Assembly: GCF_009914755.1 (NCBI RefSeq)
Contig: NC_060939.1
DNA from: the human T2T-CHM13v2.0 reference genome, Homo sapiens
Length of the DNA: 64,000 nucleotides
Direction: 5' to 3' (one strand)
The notes beneath the pieces were generated by a model. The model was not told the origin of the DNA. It made no database searches and saw only the letters and a list, made by a program, of their open reading frames with translations. Each line of letters starts with the position of its first letter. The first letter of the stretch is position 1. Shown here one piece after another: positions 1 through 15,000 of this stretch. Both the position numbers and the translations under genes were made by a program.

Positions 1-3000
1 ACCCATTACATTCGAGTCTATTCTCTTCCGTTCCATTCGATTTCGTTCCAATCCATTCGATTCCATTCCATTCGATTCCATTCCATACTATTGCATTCCA
101 TTCGATTACATTATATTCGAATAAGTTCCATTCAAGACCATTTCTTTTGAGTCCATTCTATTTGAGTCCATTCCCTTTGATTCCATAACATTTGAGTCCA
201 TTCAATTCCATTCCTTTCGTTTGCATTCCATTTGATGCCATTCCATTCAATTCTGTTCTACTCGACTCCAATACATTCAATTCCATTCCATCCGATTCCA
301 TTACATTCTTTTCATTTCTTATCCATTTCAAGCCATTCCACTCCATTCCATTCCACTCGTTTCCTTTCCATTCGAGTCCATTCCTCTCCAGTCCATTCCG
401 TTCAATCCATTCCATTCCAGTCCATTCCATTCGAGTCCGTTCCATTCCAGTCCATTCCATTCGAGTCAAATCCATCCCATTCGATGTCTTTCCATAACGA
501 TCCATTCCATTCTATTCCTTTCGATTCCATTCCATTCTATTTCATTCCATTCGATTCCCTTCCATTGGACTCCTTTCCATTCGAGTGCATTCCATTCCGT
601 TCCATTTCTTTCCGTTCTGTACGATTCCTACCGTTCGATTTCATTTTGTTCCAGTCCATTCCTTTCGCGTCCATTCCATTCCATTTCACTCCATTCGATT
701 CCATTCCACTCGATTCCACTTCGTTCCATTTCATTGCATTCCATTCTATTCAACTCTATTGCCTTCCATTCCATTCCATTCGATTACATTCCATGCGATT
801 CCATTCGAAATCGAATCAATTACATTGCAATCCATTACTATTGAGTCCGTTTTATTCCAGTCCACTGCATTCTGGTCCATTCCATTTGATTCCATCCCAT
901 TTTATTCCATTCCATACAGTTGCATTCCATTGGATTCCATGCTATATCTATAAATTCAATTCGAGACCATTGCTTTTGAGTCCATTCTATATGTTTCCAT
1001 TCCATTCAAGTCCATTACATTTGGTTCAATTCCATTCCATTCCATTCCCCTCCATTCCATTCCAGTTGATATCAATCCATTCGATTCCATTCCATTCGAG
1101 CACATTCCATTCGAGTCCATTCCATTCGATGCCATTCCATTTGATTCTATTCCATTAGTCTCCATTCAATTCCATTAATCTCCATTCCATTCCATTCTAC
1201 TCCAACTGATTCCATTCCATTCTATTCCTTTCCATTCCATTTCATTCCATTCCATTCCATTCGCTTCCATTCCATTCGTGTCCATTCCACTCCAGTCCAT
1301 TCCATTTGTGTCCACTGCATTCCATTCCACTCCATTCCATATTATTCCATTACACTCCATTCCATTCTATTACTTTCATTTCCATTCAATTCCATTCCAT
1401 TTGATTCCATTCCACTCGGTTTCATTCCATTTGAGTCCACTCCATTCCATTCCATTCCATTCCATTCCATTCAGTTCCATTCCATTCTGTTCCATTCCAT
1501 TCCGTTCCATTGCATTCCATTCCATTCGGTACCATTCCATATTGTTCCATTCGATTCCATTCGAATCCATTCCATTCCAGTCCATTCCATTCGATTCCAT
1601 TCCATTCCTTTCAATTCCATTCCATTCCATTCCATTCCACTTGATTCCACTCCATTCCCTTCCACTGCATTCCATTCGATTCCATTCCATTGCATTGCAT
1701 TCCATTCCATTGGACTGCATTCCATTCGATTCCATTCCATTCGAATCAATTACATAGCAATCCATTACATTCGAGTCTATTCTATTCCGTTCCATTCGAT
1801 TTCGTTCCAATCCATTCGATTCCATTCCATTCGATTCCATTCCATACTATTGCATTCCATTCGATTACATTATATTCGAATAAGTTCCATTCAAGACCAT
1901 TTCTTTTGAGTCCATTCTATTTGAGTCCATTCCCTTTGATTCCATAACATTTGAGTCCATTCAATTCCATTCCTTTCGTTTCCATTCCATTTGATGCCAT
2001 TCCATTCAATTCTGTTCTACTCGACTCCAATACATTCAATTCCATTCCATCCGATTCCATTACATTCTTTTCATTTCTTATCCATTTCAAGCCATTCCAC
2101 TCCATTCCATTCCACTCGTTTCCTTTCCATTCGAGTCCATTCCTCTCCAGTCCATTCCGTTCAATCCATTCCATTCCAGTCCATTCCATTCGAGTCCGTT
2201 CCATTCCAGTCCATTCCATTCGAGTCAATTCCATCCCATTCGATGTCTTTCCATAACGATCCATTCCATTCTATTCCTTTCGATTCCATTCCATTCTATT
2301 TCATTCCATTCGATTCCCTTCCATTGGACTCCTTTCCATTCGAGTGCATTCCATTCCGTTCCATTTCTTTCCGTTCTGTACGATTCCTACCGTTCGATTT
2401 CATTTTGTTCCAGTCCATTCCTTTCGCGTCCATTCCATTCCATTTCACTCCATTCGATTCCATTCCACTCGATTCCACTTCGTTCCATTTCATTGCATTC
2501 CATTCTATTCAACTCTATTGCCTTCCATTCCATTCCATTCGATTACATTCCATGCGATTCCATTCGAAATCGAATCAATTACATTGCAATCCATTACTAT
2601 TGAGTCCGTTTTATTCCAGTCCACTGCATTCTGGTCCATTCCATTTGATTCCATTCCATTCTATTCCATTCCATACAGTTGCATTCCATTGGATTCCATG
2701 CTATATCTATAAATTCAATTCGAGACCATTGCTTTTGAGTCCATTCTATATGATTCCATTCCATTCAAGTCCATTACATTTGGTTCAATTCCATTCCATT
2801 CCATTCCCTTCCATTCCATTCCATTTGATATCAATCCATTCGATTCCATTCCATTCGAGCACATTCCATTCGAGTCCATTCCATTCGATGCCATTCCATT
2901 TGATTCTATTCCATTAGTCTCCATTCAATTCCATTAATATCCATTCCATTCCATTCTACTCCAACTGATTCCATTCCATTCTATTCTTTCCATTCCATTT

Positions 3001-6000
3001 CATTCCATTCCATTCCATTTCATTCCATTCCATTCCATTCGTGTCCATTCCACTCCAGTCCATTCCATTCGTGTCCATTCCATTCCAGTCCATTCCATTT
3101 GTGTCCACTGCATTCCATTCCACTCCATTCCATATTATTCCATTACACTCCATTCCATTCTATTACTTTCATTTCCATTCAATTCCATTCCATTTGATTC
3201 CATTCCACTCGGTTTCATTCCATTTGAGTCCACTCCATTCCATTCCATTCCATTCCATTCAGTTCCATTCCATTCTGTTCCATTCCATTCCGTTCCATTA
3301 CATTCCATTCCATTCGGTACCATTCCATATTGTTCCATTCGATTCCATTCGAATCCATTCCATTCCAGTCCATTCCATTCGATTCCATTCCATTCATTTC
3401 AATTCCATTCCATTCCATTCCATTACATTCCACTTGATTCCTCTCCATTCCCTTCCACTGCATTCCGTTCGATTCCATTCCATTGCATTGCATTCCATTC
3501 CATTGGATTGCATTCCATTCGATTCCATTCCATTCGAATCAATTACATTGCAACCCATTACATTCGAGTCTATTCTCTTCCGTTCCATTCGATTTCGTTC
3601 CAATCCATTCGATTCCATTCCATTCGATTCCATTCCATACTATTGCATTCCATTCGATTACATTATATTCGAATAAGTTCCATTCAAGACCATTTCTTTT
3701 GAGTCCATTCTATTTGAGTCCATTCCCTTTGATTCCATAACATTTGAGTCCATTCAATTCCATTCCTTTCGTTTGCATTCCATTTGATGCCATTCCATTC
3801 AATTCTGTTCTACTCGACTCCAATACATTCAATTCCATTCCATCCGATTCCATTACATTCTTTTCATTTCTTATCCATTTCAAGCCATTCCACTCCATTC
3901 CATTCCACTCGTTTCCTTTCCATTCGAGTCCATTCCTCTCCAGTCCATTCCGTTCAATCCATTCCATTCCAGTCCATTCCATTCGAGTCTATTCCATTCC
4001 AGTCCATTCCATTCGAGTCAACTCCATCCCATTCGATGTCTTTCCATAACGATCCATTCCATTCCATTCCTTTCGATTCCATTCCATTCTATTTCATTCC
4101 ATTCGATTCCCTTCCATTGGACTCCTTTCCATTCGAGTGCATTCCATTCCGTTCCATTTCTTTCCGTTCTGTACGATTCCTACCGTTCGATTTCATTTTG
4201 TTCCAGTCCATTCCTTTCGCGTCCATTCCATTCCATTTCACTCCATTCGATTCCATTCCACTCGATTCCACTTCGTTCCATTTCATTGCATTCCATTCTA
4301 TTCAACTCTATTGCCTTCCATTCCATTCCATTCGATTACATTCCATGCGATTCCATTCGAAATCGAATCAATTACATTGCAATCCATTACTATTGAGTCC
4401 GTTTTATTCCAGTCCACTGCATTCTGGTCCATTCCATTTGATTCCATTCCATTCTATTCCATTCCATACAGTTGCATTCCATTGGATTCCATGCTATATC
4501 TATAAATTCAATTCGAGACCATTGCTTTTGAGTCCATTCTATATGATTCCATTCCATTCAAGTCCATTACATTTGGTTCAATTCCATTCCATTCCATTCC
4601 CTTCCATTCCATTCCAGTTGATATCAATCCATTCGATTCCATTCCATTCGAGCACATTCCATTCGAGTCCATTCCATTCGATGCCATTCCATTTGATTCT
4701 ATTCCATTAGTCTCCATTCAATTCCATTAATCTCCATTCCATTCCATTCTAATCCAACTGATTCCATTCCATTCTATTCCTTTCCATTCCATTTCATTCC
4801 ATTCCATTCCATTTCATTCCATTCCATTCCATTCGTGTCCATTCCACTCCAGTCCATTCCATTCGTGTCCATTCCATTCCAGTCCATTCCATTTGTGTCC
4901 CCTGCATTCCATTACACTCCATTCCATATTATTCCATTACACTCCATTCAATTCTATTACTTTCATTTCCATTCAATTCCATTCCATTTGATTCCATTCC
5001 ACTCGGTTTCATTCCATTTGAGTCCACTCCATTCCATTCCATTCCATTCCATTCAGTTCCATTCCATTCTATTCCATTCCATTCCGTTCCATTACATTCC
5101 ATTCCATTCGGTACCATTCCATATTGTTCCATTCGATTCCATTCGAATCCATTCCATTCCAGTCCATTCCATTCGATTCCATTCCATTCATTTCAATTCC
5201 ATTCCATTCCATTCCATTACATTCCACTTGATTCCTCTCCATTCCCTTCCACTGCATTCCGTTCGATTCCATTCCATTGCATTGTGTTCCATTCCATTGG
5301 ATTGCATTCCATTCGATTCCATTCCATTCGAATCAATTACATAGCAATCCATTACATTCGAGTCTATTCTATTCCGTTCCATTCGATTTCGTTCCAATCC
5401 ATTCGATTCCATTCCATTCGATTCCATTCCATACTATTGCATTCCATTCGATTACATTATATTCGAATAAGTTCCATTCAAGACCATTTCTTTTGAGTCC
5501 ATTCTATTTGAGTCCATTCCCTTTGATTCCATAACATTTGAGTCCATTCAATTCCATTCCTTTCGTTTCCATTCCATTTGATGCCATTCCATTCAATTCT
5601 GTTCTACTCGACTCCAATACATTCAATTCCATTCCATCCGATTCCATTACATTCTTTTCATTTCTTATCCATTTCAAGCCATTCCACTCCATTCCATTCC
5701 ACTCGTTTCCTTTCCATTCGAGTCCATTCCTCTCCAGTCCATTCCGTTCAATCCATTCCATTCCAGTCCATTCCATTCGAGTCCGTTCCATTCCAGTCCA
5801 TTCCATTCGAGTCAATTCCATCCCATTCGATGTCTTTCCATAAAGATCCATTCCATTCTATTCCTTTCTATTCCATTCCATTCTATTTCATTCCATTCGA
5901 TTCCCTTCCATTGGACTCCTTTCCATTCGAGTGCATTCCATTCCGTTCCATTTCTTTCCGTTCTGTACGATTCCTACCGTTCGATTTCATTTTGTTCCAG

Positions 6001-9000
6001 TCCATTCCTTTCGCGTCCATTCCATTCCATTTCACTCCATTCGATTCCATTCCACTCGATTCCACTTCGTTCCATTTCATTGCATTCCATTCTATTCAAC
6101 TCTATTGCCTTCCATTCCATTCCATTCGATTACATTCCATGCGATTCCATTCGAAATCGAATCAATTACATTGCAATCCATTACTATTGAGTCCATTTTA
6201 TTCCAGTCCACTGCATTCTGGTCCATTCCATTTGATTCCATTCCATTCTATTCCATTCCATACAGTTGCATTCCATTGGATTCCATTCTATATCTATAAA
6301 TTCAATTGGAGACCATTGCTTTTGAGTCCATTCTATATGATTCCATTCCATTCAAGTCCATTACATTTGGTTCAATTCCATTCCATTCCATTCCCTTCCA
6401 TTCCATTCCAGTTGATATCAATCCATTCGATTCCATTCCATTCGAGCACATTCCATTCGAGTGCATTCCATTCGATGCCATTCCATTTGATTCTATTCCA
6501 TTAGTCTCCATTCAATTCCATTAATCTCCATTCCATTCCATTCTACTCCAACTGATTCCATTCCATTCTATTCCTTTCCATTCCATTTCATTCCATTCCA
6601 TTCCATTTCATTCCATTCCATTCCATTCGCTTCCATTCCATTCGTGTCCATTCCACTCCAGTCCATTCCATTCGTGTCCATTCCATTCCAGTCCATTCCA
6701 TTTGTGTCCACTGCATTCCATTCCACTCCATTCCATATTATTCCTTTACACTCCGTTCCATTCTATTACTTTCATTTCCATTCAATTCCATTCCATTTGA
6801 TTCCATTCCACTCGGTTTCATTCAATTTGAGTCCACTCCATTCCATTCCATTCCATTCCATTCAGTTCCATTCCATTCTGTTCCATTCCATTCCGTTCCA
6901 TTGCATTCCATTCCATTCGGTACCATTCCATATTGTTCCATTCGATTCCATTCGAATCCATTCCATTCCAGTCCATTCCATTCGATTCCATTCCATTCCT
7001 TTCAATTCCATTCCATTCCATTCCATTCCACTTGATTCCACTCCATTCCCTTCCACTGCATTCCATTCGATTCCATTCCATTGCATTGCATTCCATTCCA
7101 TTGGACTGCATTCCATTCGATTCCATTCCATTCGAATCAATTACATAGCAATCCATTACATTCGAGTGTATTCTATTCCGTTCCATTCGATTTCGTTCCT
7201 ATCCATTCGATTCCATTCCATTCGATTCCATTCCATACTATTGCATTCCATTCGATTACATTATATTCGAATAAGTTCCATTCAAGACCATTTCTTTTGA
7301 GTCCATTCTATTTGAGTCCATTCCCTTTGATTCCATAACATTTGAGTCCATTCAATTCCATTCCTTTCGTTTGCATTCCATTTGATGCCATTCCATTCAA
7401 TTCTGTTCTACTCGACTCCAATACATTCAATTCCATTCCATCCGATTCCATTACATTCTTTTCATTTCTTATCCATTTCAAGCCATTCCACTCCATTCCA
7501 TTCCACTCGTTTCCTTTCCATTCGAGTCCATTCCTCTCCAGTCCATTCCGTTCAATCCATTCCATTCCAGTCCGTTCCATTCGAGTCCGTTCCATTCCAG
7601 TCCATTCCATTTGAGTCAATTCCATTCCATTCGATGTCTTTCCATAACGATCCATTCCATTCTATTCCTTTCGATTCCATTCCATTCTATTTCATTCCAT
7701 TCGATTCCCTTCCATTGGACTCCTTTCCATTCGAGTGCATTCCATTCCGTTCCATTTCTTTCCGTTCTGTACGATTCCTACCGTTCGATTTCATTTTGTT
7801 CCAGTCCATTCCTTTCGCGTCCATTCCATTCCATTTCACTCCATTCGATTCCATTCCACTCGATTCCACTTCGTTCCATTTCATTGCATTCCATTCTATT
7901 CAACTCTATTGCCTTCCATTCCATTCCATTCGATTACATTCCATGCGATTCCATTCGAAATCGAATCAATTACATTGCAATCCATTACTATTGAGTCCGT
8001 TTTATTCCAGTCCACTGCATTCTGGTCCATTCCATTTGATTCCATTCCATTTTATTCCATTCCATACAGTTGCATTCCATTGGATTCCATGCTATATCTA
8101 TAAATTCAATTCGAGACCATTCTTTTTGAGTCCATTCTATATGTTTCCATTCCATTCAAGTCCATTACATTTGGTTCAATTCCATTCCATTCCATTCCCT
8201 TCCATTCCATTCCAGTTGATATCAATCCATTCGATTCCATTCCATTCGAGCACATTCCATTCGAGTCCATTCCATTCGATGCCATTCCATTTGATTCTAT
8301 TCCATTAGTCTCCATTCAATTCCATTAATCTCCATTCCATTCCATTCTACTCCAACTGATTCCATTCCATTCTATTCCTTTCCATTCCATTTCATTCCAT
8401 TCCATTCCATTTCATTCCATTCCATTCCAATCGCTTCCATTCCATTCATGTCCATTCCACTCCAGTCCATTCCATTTGTGTCCACTGCATTCCATTCCAC
8501 TCCATTCCATATTATTCCATTACACTCCATTCCATTCTATTACTTTCATTTCCATTCAATTCCATTCCATTTGATTCCATTCCACTCGGTTTCATTCCAT
8601 TTGAGTCCACTCCATTCCATTCCATTCCATTCCATTCAGTTCCATTCCATTCTGTTCCATTGCATTCCATTCCATTCGGTACCATTCCATATTGTTCCAT
8701 TCGATTCCATTCGAATCCATTCCATTCCAGTCCATTCCATTCGATTCCATTCCATTCCTTTCAATTCCATTCCATTCCATTCCATTCCACTTGATTCCAC
8801 TCCATTCCCTTCCACTGCATTCCATTCGATTCCATTCCATTGCATTGCATTCCATTCCATTGGACTGCATTCCATTCGATTCCATTCCATTCGAATCAAT
8901 TACATAGCAATCCATTACATTCGAGTCTATTCTATTCCGTTCCATTCGATTTCGTTCCAATCCATTCGATTCCATTCCATTCGATTCCATTCCATACTAT

Positions 9001-12000
9001 TGCATTCCATTCGATTACATTATATTCGAATAAGTTCCATTCAAGACCATTTCTTTTGAGTCCATTCTATTTGAGTCCATTCCCTTTGATTCCATAACAT
9101 TTGAGTCCATTCAATTCCATTCCTTTCGTTTCCATTCCATTTGATGCCATTCCGTTCAATTCTGTTCTACTCGACTCCAATACATTCAATTCCATTCCAT
9201 CCGATTCCATTACATTCTTTTCATTTCTTATCCATTTCAAGCCATTCCACTCCATTCCATTCCACTCGTTTCCTTTCCATTCGAGTCCATTCCTCTCCAG
9301 TCCATTCCGTTCAATCCATTCCATTCCAGTCCATTCCATTCGAGTCCGTTCCATTCCAGTCCATTCCATTCGAGTCAATTCCATTCCATTCGATGTCTTT
9401 CCATAACGATCCATTCCATTCTATTCCTTTCGATTCCATTCCATTCTATTTCATTCCATTCGATTCCCTTCCATTGGACTCCTTTCCATTAGAGTGCATT
9501 CCATTCCGTTCCATTTCTTTCCGTTCTGTACGATTCCTACCGTTTGATTTCATTTTGTTCCAGTCCATTCCTTTCGCGTCCATTCCATTCCATTTCACTC
9601 CATTCGATTCCTTTCCACTCGATTCCACTTCGTTCCATTTCATTGCATTCCATTCTATTCAACTCTATTGCCTTCCATTCCATTCCATTCGATTACATTC
9701 CATGCGATTCCATTCGAAATCGAATCAATTACATTGCAATCCCTTACTATTGAGTCCGTTTTATTCCAGTCCACTGCATTCTGGTCCATTCCATTTGATT
9801 CCATTCCATTCTATTCCATTCCATAGAGTTGCATTCCATTGGATTCCATTCTATATCTATAAATTCAATTCGAGACCATTGCTTTTGAGTCCATTCTATA
9901 TGATTCCATTCCATTCAAGTCCATTACATTTGGTTCAATTCCATTCCATTCCATTCCCTTCCATTCCATTCCAGTTGATATCAATCCATTCGATTCCATT
10001 CCATTCGAGCACATTCCATTCGAGTCCATTCCATTCGATGCCATTCCATTTGATTCTATTCCATTAGTCTCCATTCAATTCCACTAATCTCCATTCCATT
10101 CCATTCTACTCCAACTGATTCCATTCCATTCTATTCCTTTCCATTCCATTTCATTCCATTCCATTCCATTTCATTCCATTCCATTCCATTCGTGTCCATT
10201 CCACTCCAGTCCATTCCATTCGTGTCCATTCCATTCCAGTCCATTCCATTTGTGTCCCCTGCATTCCATTACACTCCATTCCATATTATTCCATTACACT
10301 CCATTGAATTCTATTACTTTCATTTCCATTCAATTCCATTCCATTTGATTCCATTCCACTCGGTTTCATTCCATTTGAGTCCACTCCATTCCATTCCATT
10401 CCATTCCATTCAGTTCCATTCCATTCTGTTCCATTCCATTCCGTTCCATTACATTCCATTCCATTCGGTACCATTCCATATTGTTCCATTCGATTCCATT
10501 CGAATCCATTCCATTCCAGTCCATTCCATTCGATTCCAATCCATTCATTTCAATTCCATTCCATTCCATTCCATTACATTCCACTTGATTCCTCTCCATT
10601 CCCTTCCACTGCATTCCGTTCGATTCCATTCCATTGCATTGCATTCCATTCCATTGGATTGCATTCCATTCGATTCCATTCCATTCGAATCAATTACATA
10701 GCAATCTATTACATTCGAGTCTATTCTATTCTGTTCCATTCGATTTCGTTCCAATCCATTCGATTCCATTCCATTCGATTCCATTCCATACTATTGCATT
10801 CCATTCGATTACATTATATTCGAATAAGTTCCATTCAAGACCATTTCTTTTGAGTCTATTCTATTTGAGTCCATTCCCTTTGATTCCATAACATTTGAGT
10901 CCATTCAATTCCATTCCTTTCGTTTCCATTCCATTTGATGCCATTCCATTCAATTCTGTTCTACTCGACTCCAATACATTCAATTCCATTCCATCCGATT
11001 CCATTACATTCTTTTCATTTCTTATCCATTTCAAGCCATTCCACTCCATTCCATTCCACTCGTTTCCTTTCCATTCGAGTCCATTCCTCTCCAGTCCATT
11101 CCGTTCAATCCATTCCATTCCAGTCCATTCCATTCGAGTCCGTTCCATTCCAGTCCATTCCATTCGAGTCAATTCCATCCCATTCGATGTCTTTCCATAA
11201 CGATCCATTCCATTCTATACCTTTCGATTCCATTCCATTCTATTTCATTCCATTCGATTCCCTTCCATTGGACTCCTTTCCATTCGAGTGCATTCCATTC
11301 CGTTCCATTTTTTCCGTTCTGTACGATTCCTACCGTTCGATTTCATTTTGTTCCAGTCCATTCCTTTCGCGTCCATTCCATTCCATTTCTCTCCATTCGA
11401 TTCCATTCCACTCGATTCCACTTCGTTCCATTTCATTGCATTCCATTCTATTCAACTCTATTGCCTTCCATTCCATTCCATTCGATTACATTCCATGCGA
11501 TTCCATTCGAAATCGAATCAATTACATTGCAATCCCTTACTATTGAGTCCGTTTTATTCCAGTCCCCTGCATTCTGGTCCATTCCATTTGATTCCATTCC
11601 ATTCTATTCCATTCCATACAATTGCATTCAATTGGATTCCATGCTATATCTATAAATTCAATTCGAGACCATTGCTTTTGAGTCCATTCTATATGATTCC
11701 ATTCCATTCAAGTCCATTACATTTGGTTCAATTCCATTCCATTCCATTCCCTTCCATTCCATTCCAGTTGATATCAATCCATTCGATTCCATTCCATTCG
11801 AGCACATTCCATTCGAGTCCATTCCACTCGATTCCATTCCATTTGATTCTATTCCATTAGTCTCCATTCAATTCCATTAATCTCCATTCCATTCCATTCT
11901 ACTCCAACTGATTCCATTCCATTCTATTCCTTTCCATTCCATTTCATTCCATGCCATTCCATTTCATTCCATTCCATTCCATTCGTGTCCATTCCACTCC

Positions 12001-15000
12001 AGTCCATTCCATTCGTGTCCATTCCATTCCAGTCCATTCCATTTGTGTCCACTGCATTCCATTCCACTCCATTCCATATTATTCCATTACACTCCATTCC
12101 ATTCTATTACTTTCATTTCCATTCAATTCCATTCCATTTCATTCCATTCCACTCGGTTTCATTCCATTTGAGTCCACTCCATTCCATTCCATTCCATTCA
12201 GTTCCATTCCATTCTGTTCCATTCCATTTCGTTCCATTACATTCCATTCCATTCGGTACCATTCCATATTGTTCCATTCGATTCCATTCGAATCCATTCC
12301 ATTCCAGTCCATTCCATTCGATTCCATTCCATTCATTTCAATTCCATTCCATTCCATTCCATTACATTCCACTTGATTCCTCTCCATTCCCTTCCACTGC
12401 ATTCCATTCGATTCCATTCCATTGCATTGCATTCCATTCCATTGGATTGCATTCCATTCGATTCCATTCCATTCGAATCAATTACATAGCAATCCATTAC
12501 ATTCGAGTCTATTCTATTCCGTTCCATTCGATTTCGTTCCAATCCATTCAATTCCATTCCATTCGATTCCATTCCATACTATTGCATTCCATTCGATTAC
12601 ATTATATTCGAATAAGTTCCATTCAAGACCATTTCTTTTGAGTCCATTCTATTTGAGTCCATTCCCTTTGATTCCATAACATTTGAGTCCATTCAATTCC
12701 ATTCCTTTCGTTTCCATTCCATTTGATGCCATTCCATTCAATTCTGTTCTACTCGACTCCAATACATTCAATTCCATTCCATCCGATTCCATTACATTCT
12801 TTTCATTTCTTATCCATTTCAAGCCATTCCACTCCATTCCATTCCACTCGTTTCCTTTCCATTCGAGTCCATTCCTCTCCAGTCCATTCCGTTCAATCCA
12901 TTCCATTCCAGTCCATTCCATTCGAGTCCGTTCCATTCCAGTCCATTCCATTCGAGTCAATTCCATCCCATTCGATGTCTTTCCATAACGATCCATTCCA
13001 TTCTATTCCTTTCGATTCCATTCCATTCTATTTCATTCCATTCGATTCCCTTCCATTGGACTCCTTTCCATTCGAGTGCATTCCATTCCGTTCCATTTCT
13101 TTCCGTTCTGTACGATTCCTACCGTTCGATTTCATTTTGTTCCAGTCCATTCCTTTCGCGTCCATTCCATTCCATTTCACTCCATTCGATTCCATTCCAC
13201 TCGATTCCACTTCGTTCCATTTCATTGCATTCCATTCTATTCAACTCTATTGCCTTCCATTCCATTCCATTCGATTACATTCCATGCGATTCCATTCGAA
13301 ATCGAATCAATTACATTGCAATCCATTACTATTGAGTCCATTTTATTCCAGTCCACTGCATTCTGGTCCATTCCATTTGATTCCATTCCATTCTATTCCA
13401 TTCCATACAGTTGCATTCCATTGGATTCCATTCTATATCTATAAATTCAATTCGAGACCATTGCTTTTGAGTCCATTCTATATGATTCCATTCCATTCAA
13501 GTCCATTACATTTGGTTCAATTCCATTCCATTCCAGTTGATATCAATCCATTCGATTCCATTCCATTCGAGCACATTCCATTCGAGTCCATTCCATTCGA
13601 TGCCATTCCATTTGATTCTATTCCATTAGTCTCCATTCAATTCCATTAATCTCCATTCCATTCCATTCTACTCCTACTGATTCCATTCCATTCTATTCCT
13701 TTCCATTCCATTTCATTCCATTCCATTCCATTTCATTCCATTCCATTCCATTCGTGTCCATTCCTCTCCAGTCCATTCCATTCGTGTCCATTCCATTCCA
13801 GTCCATTCCATTTGTGTCCACTGCATTCCATTCCACTCCATACCATATTATTCCATTACACTCCATTCCATTCTATTACTTTCATTTCCATTCAATTCCA
13901 TTCCATTTGATTCCATTCCACTCGGTTTCATTCCATTTGAGTCCACTCCATTCCATTCCATTCCATTCCATTCAGTTCCATTCCATTCTGTTCCATTCCA
14001 TTCCGTTCCATTACATTCCATTCCATTCGGTACCATTCCATATTGTTCCATTCGATTCCATTCGAATCCATTCCATTCCAGTCCATTCCATTCGATTCCA
14101 TTCCATTCATTTCAATTCCATTCCATTCCATTCCATTACACTTGATTCCTCTCCATTCCCTTCCACTGCATTCCGTTCGATTCCATTCCATTGCATTGCA
14201 TTCCATTCCATTGGATTGCATTCCATTCGATTCCATTCCATTCGAATCAATTACATTGCAACCCATTACATTCGAGTCTATTCTCTTCCGTTCCATTCGA
14301 TTTCGTTCCAATCCATTCGATTCCATTCCATTCGATTCCATTCCATACTATTGCATTCCATTCGATTACATTATATTCGAATAAGTTCCATTCAAGACCA
14401 TTTCTTTTGAGTCCATTCTATTTGAGTCCATTCCCTTTGATTCCATAACATTTGAGTCCATTCAATTCCATTCCTTTCGTTTGCATTCCATTTGATGCCA
14501 TTCCATTCAATTCTGTTCTACTCGACTCTAATACATTCAATTCCATTCCATCCGATTCCATTACATTCTTTTCATTTCTTATCCATTTCAAGCCATTCCA
14601 CTCCATTCCATTCCACTCGTTTCCTTTCCATTCGAGTCCATTCCTCTCCAGTCCATTCCGTTCAATCCATTCCATTCCAGTCCATTCCATTCGAGTCCGT
14701 TCCATTCCAGTCCATTCCATTCGAGTCAACTCCATCCCATTCGATGTCTTTCCATAACGATCCATTCCATTCTATTCCTTTCGATTCCATTCCATTCTAT
14801 TTCATTCCATTCTATTCCCTTCCATTGGACTCCTTTCCATTCGAGTGCATTCCATTCCGTTCCATTTCTTTCCGTTCTGTACGATTCCTACCGTTCGATT
14901 TCATTTTCTTCCAGTCCATTCCTTTCGCGTCCATTCCATTCCATTTCACTCCATTCGATTCCATTCCACTCGATTCCACTTCGTTCCATTTCATTGCATT

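Noticed and set aside
949-956. TATA box as a functional promoter feature
   Set aside because: It is a motif match only, with no supporting downstream gene or transcript evidence. It is kept only as a low-interest finding.
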